Below, one piece after another: positions 18,204 to 27,410 of a DNA stretch of 64,000 bases. The translations under genes were made by a program, and so were the position numbers. Each line of letters begins with the position of its first letter. The first letter of the stretch is position 1. Location: contig JBDKFG010000016.1 of assembly GCA_039798785.1 (NCBI GenBank), positions 8,559-72,558 of the forward strand, in the 5' to 3' direction. This DNA comes from Verrucomicrobiota bacterium. GTDB lineage: Bacteria > Verrucomicrobiota > Lentisphaeria > Lentisphaerales > Lentisphaeraceae. Below the pieces are notes generated by a model that saw nothing but the letters and a program-made list of their open reading frames with translations, was not told the origin of the DNA and searched no databases.

Positions 18204-18920
18204 ATGGTTTATCTATCCATTCTAATCTTGCTGATTGGAATTGCCTTGTTGTTGAAGTACAAAATGGCTAAAACTCCATCGTCGATTGACGCCAAAGTGG
18301 GGTTTTTTCTTCTCCCAATTAGCTTCGTAATTGGCTTGATTGGCAATCTAAGCGGCGATGGAGTCCATGATGAGACTCGTCAGCTTGAATCTTTGGAGCG
18401 CGCTAAAATTATCATCCCGGCATCCGAGTGGATACAAAAGCATGGAATCAAGGGCGCGGTCGCTGTGATTCTGTCAAAAAACGATCAAGGTCAATCACTC
18501 CCTTTGCAGGTTTCTTGTCTAGAAGAACTTCGAAAGCAGTTTCCTTCACTTGATTTGAAGGTGAGTGAATTGGATTACCAAAGTCCGATCACCGAAGCTC
18601 AGTTGAATGCAGCCTGCGCAAAGTCTGAGGCGGTCATTCTACTTTGCGCGTTGCCGCAGGAGCAGAGCAAATTGAAAGAGATTTTCCTTCTTGAGGATCA
18701 GCCTAAGTTCAAGGCGCATTTTCTGGTTTTGAACAGCAATAGCAATACAGTCCGTGATTTTTTTACTTCTCACGGATCCAGTTTTACCATACTGCAGCCC
18801 AAGCAGGCCAGTACACAAGGCCTGCCTGCACAGGCCAGCCAGAAGGACTTGTTTGACTTGTTTTATGAGACCATAAACGGGCGCACCGAAGCGCCAGTTG
18901 AGGCTAAGACGGAGGAATAA
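18204..18920 (+). CDS. Hypothetical protein with two N-terminal TM helices
   Basis: Two hydrophobic segments then a soluble alpha/beta region; visibly lower GC. Start may be TTG 18198 or ATG 18204. Confidence 0.65.
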   Translation: MVYLSILILLIGIALLLKYKMAKTPSSIDAKVGFFLLPISFVIGLIGNLSGDGVHDETRQLESLERAKIIIPASEWIQKHGIKGAVAVILSKNDQGQSLPLQVSCLEELRKQFPSLDLKVSELDYQSPITEAQLNAACAKSEAVILLCALPQEQSKLKEIFLLEDQPKFKAHFLVLNSNSNTVRDFFTSHGSSFTILQPKQASTQGLPAQASQKDLFDLFYETINGRTEAPVEAKTEE

Positions 18921-18958
18921 CTCCTGCTTGTTTAAAAGTGGAGTGAATTGGAAGGAGG

Positions 18959-19726
18959 ATGGTTATGAATCTTTTACAAATCATTGCCTTGGTCGTCTTT
19001 TTCGTGGGTATGGGGCTTTGGCTTTCGTCTCGTAAGAAGAAGCCGCAGACACCAGATGTTCCGGCTGCAGCTGCGCTTCTACTTAGTCTGATTTTGGGTG
19101 TCATCAGTGCCTTTATACCAAATTCTGAGGTTGTGGATACGCGCTATGTTCGAGTCAATCAAGCGCAATGGGAGTATCCCTTGCAGCAGCTTTGCGCCAA
19201 GATTGGCAACAGCGGCAAGATTTGCGTCATTGTTCCTCCTGAAACCGAGTCTGGAAGCGATGTCGAATTCCTGAAGCCCTATATGCATCCAGGTTGCACC
19301 TTGGAAGTCTGTCATGTGCCCAAAACCGGTGTCAGTTCAAGTTTTATTCAAGCTGTGCTAGTGAAAAATCCTAAGGCGGTCATTTTGGCCGTCCCCTTGC
19401 CAAATGGAGATGAGGCGAGAGCCGATTTAGCTGCCTATTTGACAGAGCACCCGATCAAAGTTCCGATGTTGTTCACACCACAAGCTCGGCAGGATGCATT
19501 GCTATTGTTTGCGGCGAGTTCTCTCTGGGGCTATGTCGAGTGTAAGGCGAAGCCTGCTGTAGCAGAATTAAATGAGAATGCGGCTCTAGAAGAAGTTTTT
19601 AAAGCTGCTTATGTGCTTTATGATGAAAATAATCGCCCGAGCGATATGCCTCAGTCGCATCCTGTAAATTCTGGACACCGAAAAACACCTCAAGACCATC
19701 CCATTGAAACGGAGACCGAAGAATGA
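18959..19726 (+). CDS. Hypothetical protein with two N-terminal TM helices (probable paralog of the upstream gene)
   Basis: GGAGG RBS; same architecture as 18204..18920; stop overlaps the next ATG (ATGA). Confidence 0.65.
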   Translation: MVMNLLQIIALVVFFVGMGLWLSSRKKKPQTPDVPAAAALLLSLILGVISAFIPNSEVVDTRYVRVNQAQWEYPLQQLCAKIGNSGKICVIVPPETESGSDVEFLKPYMHPGCTLEVCHVPKTGVSSSFIQAVLVKNPKAVILAVPLPNGDEARADLAAYLTEHPIKVPMLFTPQARQDALLLFAASSLWGYVECKAKPAVAELNENAALEEVFKAAYVLYDENNRPSDMPQSHPVNSGHRKTPQDHPIETETEE

Positions 19727-20433
19727 ACAAACGATTCACCCTCATCGAGCTGTTGGTGGTTGTGGCCATCATCGGGATTCTCGCCTCGATGCTCATACCC
19801 GCTCTCGGTAAAGCCAAGGGTCAAGGTAATGTCGCAGTCTGTGTAAGCAATTTAAAGCAAATAGGTTATTATTTGCAGTTGTATAGTGATGATAACGACG
19901 GATATCCTCCCCCGGATCGCTCTGGATCTGCAACTACTTGGGATGATCTCTTGAGTAATTATGATGGTCGCAGGCTTAGTCAGTCTGACATGGATCTTGA
20001 TGGCACCTTGCCATCGCACTCGACTAATGCATCTTATCGGTGCCCATTGGATAAGCGAGGGAGGCAAAACCGAACTTATTCGATGAATTACCATTTGCGG
20101 AGTGCGAACTTGAATTTCGATACGTTAAATGATCCCTCGGGTCAAATCGTCTTGACTGAGCGATATCGCAATTGGAATGATAGCAATTTAGCGAATGCCA
20201 AAATGGGGGCTAACGCGGCGTCTTACTTTCATGTGCTTAATAGCGGCGATGGTCCACGTGCCACTGGTGGTTATTATGGACCCAATCAAGGTTCAGGTAC
20301 GGCCAACTGGGATGCGTCCTTGCATCCGAAGCGGATGGAGCTGCCTTGGCTGATGGCGGATTCTCACGTAGAACTGCGTAATCGCCTTTACTTTCCGGGT
20401 AATTACCCTGGCGGCCCTTACCAGACTCAATGA
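19723..20433 (+). CDS. Second prepilin-type N-terminal cleavage/methylation protein
   Basis: [35 protein letters not shown] and C-terminal H...LMADSH. Confidence 0.9.
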   Translation: MNKRFTLIELLVVVAIIGILASMLIPALGKAKGQGNVAVCVSNLKQIGYYLQLYSDDNDGYPPPDRSGSATTWDDLLSNYDGRRLSQSDMDLDGTLPSHSTNASYRCPLDKRGRQNRTYSMNYHLRSANLNFDTLNDPSGQIVLTERYRNWNDSNLANAKMGANAASYFHVLNSGDGPRATGGYYGPNQGSGTANWDASLHPKRMELPWLMADSHVELRNRLYFPGNYPGGPYQTQ

Positions 20434-21230
20434 GTGTCGGTAGAAACGGGAATCATGAACTCCCGCGTGCGGGAGTTTTTTCTAGGAAGCTATGCATCCT
20501 GGTGGTTTTTCTGGCATTTTCTTGTAAAAAGGAAATGGAGGCGGTTCCCGTGGTCTCTTCGGCCTCGCCGCACCTGTACGTCAGCCCTCGCCAGGCACTG
20601 GCTGATGCGCTTGCCTTGCCTGCCGGCGCGGCGCGTCAAAACGCCATTCACCGAGCCAGGCTGGCGGTCACTGCCGAGGCCGCCGGCTGCCCGGTTGAGG
20701 AAGGGCCGGAGGGAAGCCTTCGCCTCGGGGGCATCCTCTGGGAGCCCAAGACGCAAAAGATCTCCTTTGCCGCCATCCTGTCGCTACCCAAGGCGGATCC
20801 AGAGCAGGGCATAGAGACAGCCATGCCGCTTGAACTCATTTGCTGCACTCCGGCAGGACGTCGTTATGAGTCTCTACTCGTCAGTGAAATCCGTCCCTTG
20901 CATCTGTCTCTCCTCCTTGCCTTGGCGGGATTCACCCCCGAATCGCTCTGGCAAGTTGAGATCGCCAATCTCGATCAAACCCAACCCTTGACTGCTTTCC
21001 TGCCTGAAGGCAGGGCGCTCGGATACTGGCGCTTCGCCCCTCCCGCCATGTCGGAATCTGGCTTTCCTCCTGATCTCAGTGGTGATCTGCTCTCCTTGGA
21101 GTCTGGCGTCCTGATGCCCGCTGTGGCGCCCCAGCAAGCGGAAAAGCTGGTCCCCAGACTCCCGCCAGGTTACCTCAATGACTCCCAGGTAATCATTGAA
21201 ATTTGTCCGCAGAATTTAAAAAGCTTATGA
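20430..21230 (+). CDS. YdjY-like domain protein, possible lipoprotein
   Basis: LAFSC lipobox-like motif; LELICCTPAGRRYESLL..RPLHLSLLLALAG resembles the YdjY family. Confidence 0.5.
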   Translation: MSVGRNGNHELPRAGVFSRKLCILVVFLAFSCKKEMEAVPVVSSASPHLYVSPRQALADALALPAGAARQNAIHRARLAVTAEAAGCPVEEGPEGSLRLGGILWEPKTQKISFAAILSLPKADPEQGIETAMPLELICCTPAGRRYESLLVSEIRPLHLSLLLALAGFTPESLWQVEIANLDQTQPLTAFLPEGRALGYWRFAPPAMSESGFPPDLSGDLLSLESGVLMPAVAPQQAEKLVPRLPPGYLNDSQVIIEICPQNLKSL

Positions 21231-21344
21231 CTCGATAATATCGACAATAAATAAATATTCATCAGGAATGATTTGGGCAACTTTTCGGTTTTGGATGATT
21301 CTAAGCATCTTGTTTCCCACAGACCATCCCTTCGGAGAACTCTC

Positions 21345-24300
21345 ATGCGATGTGCTTGCCCTAATTGCGGAACCATCTTGGAACACCCTGACATCGTCGA
21401 GGGTCGCCGCCTGCAATGCGGTAAATGCGAGGTCAAATTCGAGGCCAGGATGGTCCCTGCTGATCCGGCTTCATCGCCTGAGCCTGCATCGCAGAGACGT
21501 GTCAATGGAGTTCAGCCTTCTGCGGTCGAATTGAATTCAGGGGAAGCGCCTCGTGCAGTGGACGGCCCGCGCCCAACCCGGAAAGCTTCGAAACCGAAGT
21601 CTTCAACACTTCCTGTCTATGCCGGCCTTGTCGTTCTGGCTCTGATTCTTGGCGGCGGTGCCTGGCAATGGCAGCGTGCGCGTCCTGCGGGCAAGGGCCA
21701 GGACACGGCGCAAAATGCCGGTTCATCGCAGGCCGCACAAGCACTGAAGTCTTCGAAGGGCTCGGCTCCTGCTGCGCCAAGTCCGCTTATCGCCGCCTTG
21801 CCTGCCGGATTGACGCCGCTGCCTGAGAGGAAGCCGCTGACAGCGTTCACCCGTTTCGACATCGGCCAGTGGCGTCGTGATCATCCGGCGGATGGAGGCA
21901 ACGGCTGGTTCCCGGGGGGGCTGGAGGTCGACAAGGAGGATGGCAGCAAGCGTGTCGGCGAAGACACCTTGAGCTGGGGGCACTGGATCGGTCCGCTTGG
22001 GATTCGCGTCCGTTCCCACCTTGCCAATTGGCAGAGGAACGAGGCTTTTGCGGCCATCGTTCCCGAGGCCCTGCGCGGTCAAGACGGCAAGCTAGCCTTG
22101 CAAGCTATGGAAGTCACCGCCGTGGTGCCGGGGTCCCCTGCCGACGGCCGCCTCTTTCCCGGAGATCTGATCTTCAATTTCATGGAGCAGCCGATTCTTG
22201 ATGCGTCTGAATACCGCCCCGAACAGAAATTCAAATACAAGGATCGTCGTGACATCCAGGTTCAGGCAGGCGAACTCACGGATCTCGCCGAGGCTCAGGG
22301 CGAAGCGAGGATGTTGGTACTGCGCTATCCTCGAGAGCGCGTCGAACTGTGGAATTCCGGCTCATTCCAGAACAGCGAGTGCAAGGCTGATGTCGCGGTC
22401 ACTCCGGGGAGCGAGCTGGTTCTGATCGCCGATGATGGCGGCAACGGCTATGACAGCGACCATCTCGCTTGGCTTGACGGCGTTTTCAGCGGTGCTGCGG
22501 GGAGGATGGGTTTCACCGAGCTTGCGCCGATCCGCACCAGGAGCGGTTGGGGAAGCGTCAAGAAAGGCGTCGACTTTTTTGACAAGCCCTTGCCTGCGCC
22601 CGGCTACCGATGCCATTCCAAAGGAGAAATCGTCTTCACCGTTCCTGCCGGCATGACGCGCTTCAGCGTTCGCGCCAAGACTACCGGGAAGGGGCGTCTT
22701 GCGGCCCGCATCGAGGCGCTGCCGCCTCAGGCGCGGCTGCCTGTCAGCGGCAGGGTGATCTGGGCAGGCAAGATCGGCAACGACAAGCTGGGGCTCCAGA
22801 GCTTTGATGTCGGGCTTGGCGGCGGCGGCACTCTGCATCTGCGCGTCGGCCACGGTCCTGATGGCGGCGGCGGCGATGGCGCTCTTTGGGCGGATGTGAT
22901 CCTCGAAGGGGATTATGGCAGCAAGAAGCTGAGCTCTTTCGCTCCGGTAGGCATGCACAACGGATATGGCGCCTGGATCGGCCTGAGTCTGGAGAAGCCG
23001 CAGGAATTCAAGGGGGTCCAATACAGTGATGGCTGGCGTTGCCATGCCGTCAGCGACTTCTCCTGGAAGGTGCCTCCCGGCACACGCCGGATCAAAGGAA
23101 GCTTCGCGGCTCTCTCATATGGCCAGGTTGCCCCGGAGATCAGTGTCGAGCCGATGCTCGAGGCTCCTGCGGGCAAGGCCGCCGCCAAGGTCGTCGACCT
23201 GCGTTTCGCCATTCCCCGTCTCGGTAGCTTCGGACCCGCTTATCCCTACGACTGCGCCAAGAGTGAATTCCTCCTCAAGCAGACCTGTGATTGGCTCGTT
23301 GCGCAACAGGCGCCCGACGGTTCTTGGCCCTGCTGGGGCGGCTACACCACCTCCGCATTCCACACCGCTTGGTGCGGCCTGGCACTGATGGGGAGTGGCG
23401 ATCCTAAGTACAACGAGGCGGTGCAGAAAGCCGCCGCCAATGTCATCGCCATCGACGGGCCGAGCGGCTGGACCTGCCCGAGAGCAATGGTTCTGATCTT
23501 CCTTTCCGAGCTCTATCTGCGCGACAAGGACTCCAAACTCCTCCGCCCCATCCAGAATGCCGCCAATCAGTTGATGGCTTGCGTCAAGACCGACATGATG
23601 AGCGGTCACGGCGTCTCTGGTTTCGGCTATGGATATGCCGGGCAGTACATCGGCACCGGTCATATGCAGCTCGGTCTCGCCCTTGCCTCCCTTTGCCCGA
23701 TAGAGATGGACCGCTGCTTCCTGGATAAAGCCCTGGCTCATGCGGCCGAGATTGCCTGCAACGGCGCCTATCCCTACGGTCGCGGCTGGAAGGCGGTTCG
23801 CGATGGCAATTTCGACCAGAGCGGCGGCAACGCCATGCACGGCCCAGCGGCACTCGCCGCGCGAATCACCGGGTGCGGCTATTCCGAAAGCTTCGTCGAC
23901 GACTCGAAAAAACGCTGGCGAGCCAGTCTCGGCGAAGGGGATAACTCGCACGCCACATCCACTCTTGCCTTCTTGTGGAGCTCACTCGCCATGAACGCCT
24001 GTGATGAAAAACTTTTCCAGGACCACATGGCGACCTTCCGCTACAAGATGGCCAACGACCATCTCTGTGACGGCGGCTTCGTCAAGAGCTCCTTCATCCT
24101 CGACTTCCAGGGCGGCGAAGGTGTCACCGGTTTGTGGATCCGCTCGGCCGGAACGGCCCTCATCCTCGCCGCGCCCAAGCGCAAGTTGGCGATCACGGGC
24201 AATCCGCAGCTGCTCGCCGAGAAGCTGAAGCCGGGCTCTCCCTGCCGCGAATACGATGTCTTCGTCCGCGACTTCTACGGGCGCAATCTCTCCCTCGCCA

Positions 24301-25571
24301 AGCTCGTCCTAGGAGCCAAGGCGCCGGCCAGTCTCGATACGGTGCGCAAGGAGCTCCTCGCCCTGCCGCGAGACGCCAGCCTCAACCAGGCCCAGTCGAA
24401 GCTGTTGCGCCAGCGTCTGCCCGCTTTGATCGCTGAAGTCGCCGCCATTCCCGGACTCTCGGACGAGAGCCGCGGACACGCCATCGAACTCGTCTCCGGC
24501 GTCGACTTCCAGATCCGGATCGAGGAGGGCAAGATCCGCGCCAAGACCTGCGCCCCCTTCCAGCAGCTCGCCTGGGCTGACAGCGATGAAGAGATCCAGC
24601 GTCAACAGAAGATCTCCGCCCCCTTCAGCGCCCGTCTCAAGATCGCCGCGGCCGGAAAGCTCGACAAAGACATCAGCTTCACCTTCGACGGCGGCAAGAA
24701 TTTTAACGGAAGGGAAGGCCAGTCTGAGCAGAGTCGCGATTTCAAAAGCCTCGGCGCCGAGACCTTGCCTATGTCGATCGAGTTCAATCTCGGGCTGATC
24801 AGGGTCAGCTACGTTCGCAACATCCGCTTCGGCGAGCCCGATGCCAAGGGGCGGGTCAGTGATCTCACCAATTTCCGCCGGCTTAAGATCCGCGCCCGAA
24901 TGGCTGCCCGCCCGATCTACCAGACGCAGCCGCTTGTGCTAGATGGAGTGCCTTACGAAGCGATGATGATCAACGAGGCGCAGAACTTCGCCCTGGTCAA
25001 CGGCCGCCGTCCCGCCGGGGACCCGGTGTCGATCCACGAAGGCGACGAGGCGGAGGTGGAGCTTGCTTCCGCTCAGCCCCTGTGTCTTGAGGTCAACAAG
25101 ATGAACTTGCTCAGCCGCCCCGGCTTCATCCCGGTGAAGTCGGCCCGCATGGTCACTTCGGGCTGCAGTCTGGAGGGTGACATCGCCCTCCTCAGTGACG
25201 ATGCCAGCGAAGCCCGTCTGAGGGTCCAGAAGCCGGCCGAATTGAAGCATTGCACTCTTGAGCTTGATCTCGGTGCCGAGACTGCGGTCAACGGACTCGA
25301 CTTCCATTGGAACGGAGGCGGTCGACTCATCTTCGTCTGGGCACTGGTCGGCGGCCGCTGGCAGCCGCTGGCCTGGGACGGCTACATGTGCGCGCAAGGG
25401 TATCATCCGACATTCCCGAGCATCGCAACCTCCAAACTGAGGGTGGTGATGAGCTGTGATCGCTTCAAGCCCGAGATCGGGGAGATCCGTCCTTACTACA
25501 ACTCACGGCAGACCCAGATCTTCAAGCCTCTCGGCGGCGACTGGCACGAGTCCTTGCCGAAGCCAGAGTGA
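21345..25571 (+). CDS. Large membrane-anchored protein: Zn ribbon, TM helix, PDZ-like + alpha/alpha-toroid (DUF6288-like) with NPCBM-like modules
   Basis: CPNC..CGKC; TM helix; IGPLGIR; VVPGSPADGRL; two ADDGGNG..D..W / GPDGGGGD..W modules; WLVAQQAPDGSW and GLALMGSG toroid repeats. Confidence 0.6.
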   Translation: MRCACPNCGTILEHPDIVEGRRLQCGKCEVKFEARMVPADPASSPEPASQRRVNGVQPSAVELNSGEAPRAVDGPRPTRKASKPKSSTLPVYAGLVVLALILGGGAWQWQRARPAGKGQDTAQNAGSSQAAQALKSSKGSAPAAPSPLIAALPAGLTPLPERKPLTAFTRFDIGQWRRDHPADGGNGWFPGGLEVDKEDGSKRVGEDTLSWGHWIGPLGIRVRSHLANWQRNEAFAAIVPEALRGQDGKLALQAMEVTAVVPGSPADGRLFPGDLIFNFMEQPILDASEYRPEQKFKYKDRRDIQVQAGELTDLAEAQGEARMLVLRYPRERVELWNSGSFQNSECKADVAVTPGSELVLIADDGGNGYDSDHLAWLDGVFSGAAGRMGFTELAPIRTRSGWGSVKKGVDFFDKPLPAPGYRCHSKGEIVFTVPAGMTRFSVRAKTTGKGRLAARIEALPPQARLPVSGRVIWAGKIGNDKLGLQSFDVGLGGGGTLHLRVGHGPDGGGGDGALWADVILEGDYGSKKLSSFAPVGMHNGYGAWIGLSLEKPQEFKGVQYSDGWRCHAVSDFSWKVPPGTRRIKGSFAALSYGQVAPEISVEPMLEAPAGKAAAKVVDLRFAIPRLGSFGPAYPYDCAKSEFLLKQTCDWLVAQQAPDGSWPCWGGYTTSAFHTAWCGLALMGSGDPKYNEAVQKAAANVIAIDGPSGWTCPRAMVLIFLSELYLRDKDSKLLRPIQNAANQLMACVKTDMMSGHGVSGFGYGYAGQYIGTGHMQLGLALASLCPIEMDRCFLDKALAHAAEIACNGAYPYGRGWKAVRDGNFDQSGGNAMHGPAALAARITGCGYSESFVDDSKKRWRASLGEGDNSHATSTLAFLWSSLAMNACDEKLFQDHMATFRYKMANDHLCDGGFVKSSFILDFQGGEGVTGLWIRSAGTALILAAPKRKLAITGNPQLLAEKLKPGSPCREYDVFVRDFYGRNLSLAKLVLGAKAPASLDTVRKELLALPRDASLNQAQSKLLRQRLPALIAEVAAIPGLSDESRGHAIELVSGVDFQIRIEEGKIRAKTCAPFQQLAWADSDEEIQRQQKISAPFSARLKIAAAGKLDKDISFTFDGGKNFNGREGQSEQSRDFKSLGAETLPMSIEFNLGLIRVSYVRNIRFGEPDAKGRVSDLTNFRRLKIRARMAARPIYQTQPLVLDGVPYEAMMINEAQNFALVNGRRPAGDPVSIHEGDEAEVELASAQPLCLEVNKMNLLSRPGFIPVKSARMVTSGCSLEGDIALLSDDASEARLRVQKPAELKHCTLELDLGAETAVNGLDFHWNGGGRLIFVWALVGGRWQPLAWDGYMCAQGYHPTFPSIATSKLRVVMSCDRFKPEIGEIRPYYNSRQTQIFKPLGGDWHESLPKPE

Positions 25572-25613
25572 ATCTCGGCAAATTGAGGCTCCCTGTCTCG
25601 ATCAGGGCTTTGC

Positions 25614-27089
25614 TTAGCTCGCCGGCTTTTCGAGCTGGCGGGTGGCCCATAGCAAGGAGATGCAAAGGCCGGAACAGACCAGAAGGGTGAGCAGGAGGAG
25701 AGGTCGGTTCTGTGCGGCGACTTCAGCCTGGCGCGGGTCGAGACGGAAGCTGAGAGTCCAATTCTGGTCAAAAAGCAGGAGTGGCCGCCGGCATTCCAGG
25801 CTTTCCTCCAATGGAAAGCCCTTCGAGCTCAGACGGCGATTTCCTTCGGGATCCTGAAGGCTCCAGTGGATCGATTCGCTTTCCCTGCCGATGAGGAGGC
25901 TGTGGAATATCCTGAGATCGAAAAGCGCCAGAAGAAAGCCAAGCGGGCGCTCATCCTTGTGGACCGGGAGGATGATCGTCAGGCCTCCCGGCCTGTCGGG
26001 ATCCTGGGAGGCCTGGAGCCGTGTCGAGCTGGTCAGGCCGGATTTCTGCGCTCTTTCCAGGATCTTGGCTAGCTCCCGGTCCACATGCAAGGCGAGCCCG
26101 AGAGAGGGCTCGTTCCCTGAAAAGGGATGGAGATAAAGCACCGGGCTCATTCCGTTTTGAGGCGCGCAGAGTTCTCCTGAGGGGCTGCGCAGGAGGACCG
26201 GTCGATGATAGAATTCCGCCGCCTGAGCTTGCCGCATCGGCCATTCGCCGGCATCGAGGACGGGTGCGAATTGTATCGAGTGGAAGGCATTAGGGTAGGG
26301 CATCGAGCTGCGGCAGAAATTGTCGAAGTCAGAATGTTGGAGGGCAGTCTGACGCAGCGAGGCTTGCCCGGCCTGCAGAGCGCTGGCGTGGGCGCCGAGG
26401 ATCCGGGAGACTTCCGAAATCTGAGCTTCGGCATACCGGCAGAGATGCTCCTGGATGTCGCGGTGGACGGCTTTTTTTTCGTGCCAGAAGACTGCGTAGC
26501 AGAGGGCGTAGCTGAGGAGGAATCCCGTGGCGGCGATACGGGCTCGCAACCCGGGACGCGGCCACTCGCGCAGCAGCACGACGATCATCAGTCCGAAGAT
26601 CAGGCAGCCGAGAAGGTCTCCCAGCCACCAGGAGAAGCCGTTGGCGGGCAGCTCACCCGCATCGATCAAGCCGGCATGGAAGAGGCTCAGGCTGCCGACG
26701 GCAGATGCCAGCAGGCAGGCGCATGACGGAACCAGAACGAAGACCGTCAATGAGCGCTGGCTGCGGAAGGCGGGGAATTCAGGGTCGAAGTGGCGGATGA
26801 GGCTGGCAGCCACCCAGGCTTGCAGTGCGGAGCCGGTGGCGATGCTGTAGGGGAGCCAATTGCCGAAATCAGGATGGCCCGGAGTGACTGCGGCGTTGAA
26901 GATCACCGAGCCCAGCCAGATGCCAGGGATCATGCGCCAGCCGCCCAGTAGAAGCGCTGCCAAGGCCAGGCCAGCGGAAGGAAAGACCGTCATCGCATAG
27001 CCCGGAGGCAGACTGAAGTTCAAGGCCAGCATCCCCCCCAAGGGGTAGAGCACCAACAGCAAGAGGTTGATCGCGATGCTTCGGGACAT
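25614..27089 (-). CDS. MASE1 + CHASE sensor-domain membrane protein with no output domain
   Basis: FPSAGLALAALL and WWLGDLLG (MASE1); PVLYLHPFSGNEPSLGL (CHASE); ends just after the last TM helix. Confidence 0.7.
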   Translation of the reverse strand: MSRSIAINLLLLVLYPLGGMLALNFSLPPGYAMTVFPSAGLALAALLLGGWRMIPGIWLGSVIFNAAVTPGHPDFGNWLPYSIATGSALQAWVAASLIRHFDPEFPAFRSQRSLTVFVLVPSCACLLASAVGSLSLFHAGLIDAGELPANGFSWWLGDLLGCLIFGLMIVVLLREWPRPGLRARIAATGFLLSYALCYAVFWHEKKAVHRDIQEHLCRYAEAQISEVSRILGAHASALQAGQASLRQTALQHSDFDNFCRSSMPYPNAFHSIQFAPVLDAGEWPMRQAQAAEFYHRPVLLRSPSGELCAPQNGMSPVLYLHPFSGNEPSLGLALHVDRELAKILERAQKSGLTSSTRLQASQDPDRPGGLTIILPVHKDERPLGFLLALFDLRIFHSLLIGRESESIHWSLQDPEGNRRLSSKGFPLEESLECRRPLLLFDQNWTLSFRLDPRQAEVAAQNRPLLLLTLLVCSGLCISLLWATRQLEKPAS

Positions 27090-27178
27090 TTGCCGCCTCC
27101 TCAGCCATTCTAGCCGAAAGCTTGCGGGTATGCAAGGCCTTTTCCGCTGGGCCGCATCTCAGTCGCCTCATGCCACGG

Positions 27179-27216
27179 AAAAATAAATAAGACCGCGAAC
27201 TTTCGTTCGCGGTCTT
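27179..27216 (-). terminator. tRNA-Lys terminator
   Basis: 12-bp perfect stem AAGACCGCGAAC/GTTCGCGGTCTT with an A-rich tail. Confidence 0.8.
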
Positions 27217-27223
27217 GAAGTTG

Positions 27224-27299
27224 TGGTGAGAGGTCAGGGGCTCGAACCCTGGACCCGCACATTAAAAGTGTGCTGCTCTACCGACTGAGCTAACCTCTC
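27224..27299 (-). tRNA. tRNA-Lys(UUU)
   Basis: GAGAGGTTAGCTCAGTCGGTAGAGCAGCACACTTTTAATGTGCGGGTCCAGGGTTCGAGCCCCTGACCTCTCACCA; cloverleaf, anticodon TTT, encoded CCA. Confidence 0.95.
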
Positions 27300-27344
27300 A
27301 TCCTGTCTTGCGCCGTCTGCCTTTCGGCCCCCGGAACGGCGCTG

Positions 27345-27372
27345 ATAGTACAGTTCCTCGACTGGCCGTCAA
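27345..27372 (-). promoter_or_regulatory. Probable tRNA promoter
   Basis: TTGACG-16 nt-TACTAT on the minus strand upstream of tRNA-Lys. Confidence 0.55.
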
Positions 27373-27410
27373 GCCGTCCGCTAAGCTTTTTGCGGTTTTT
27401 CTGTAGGGGC

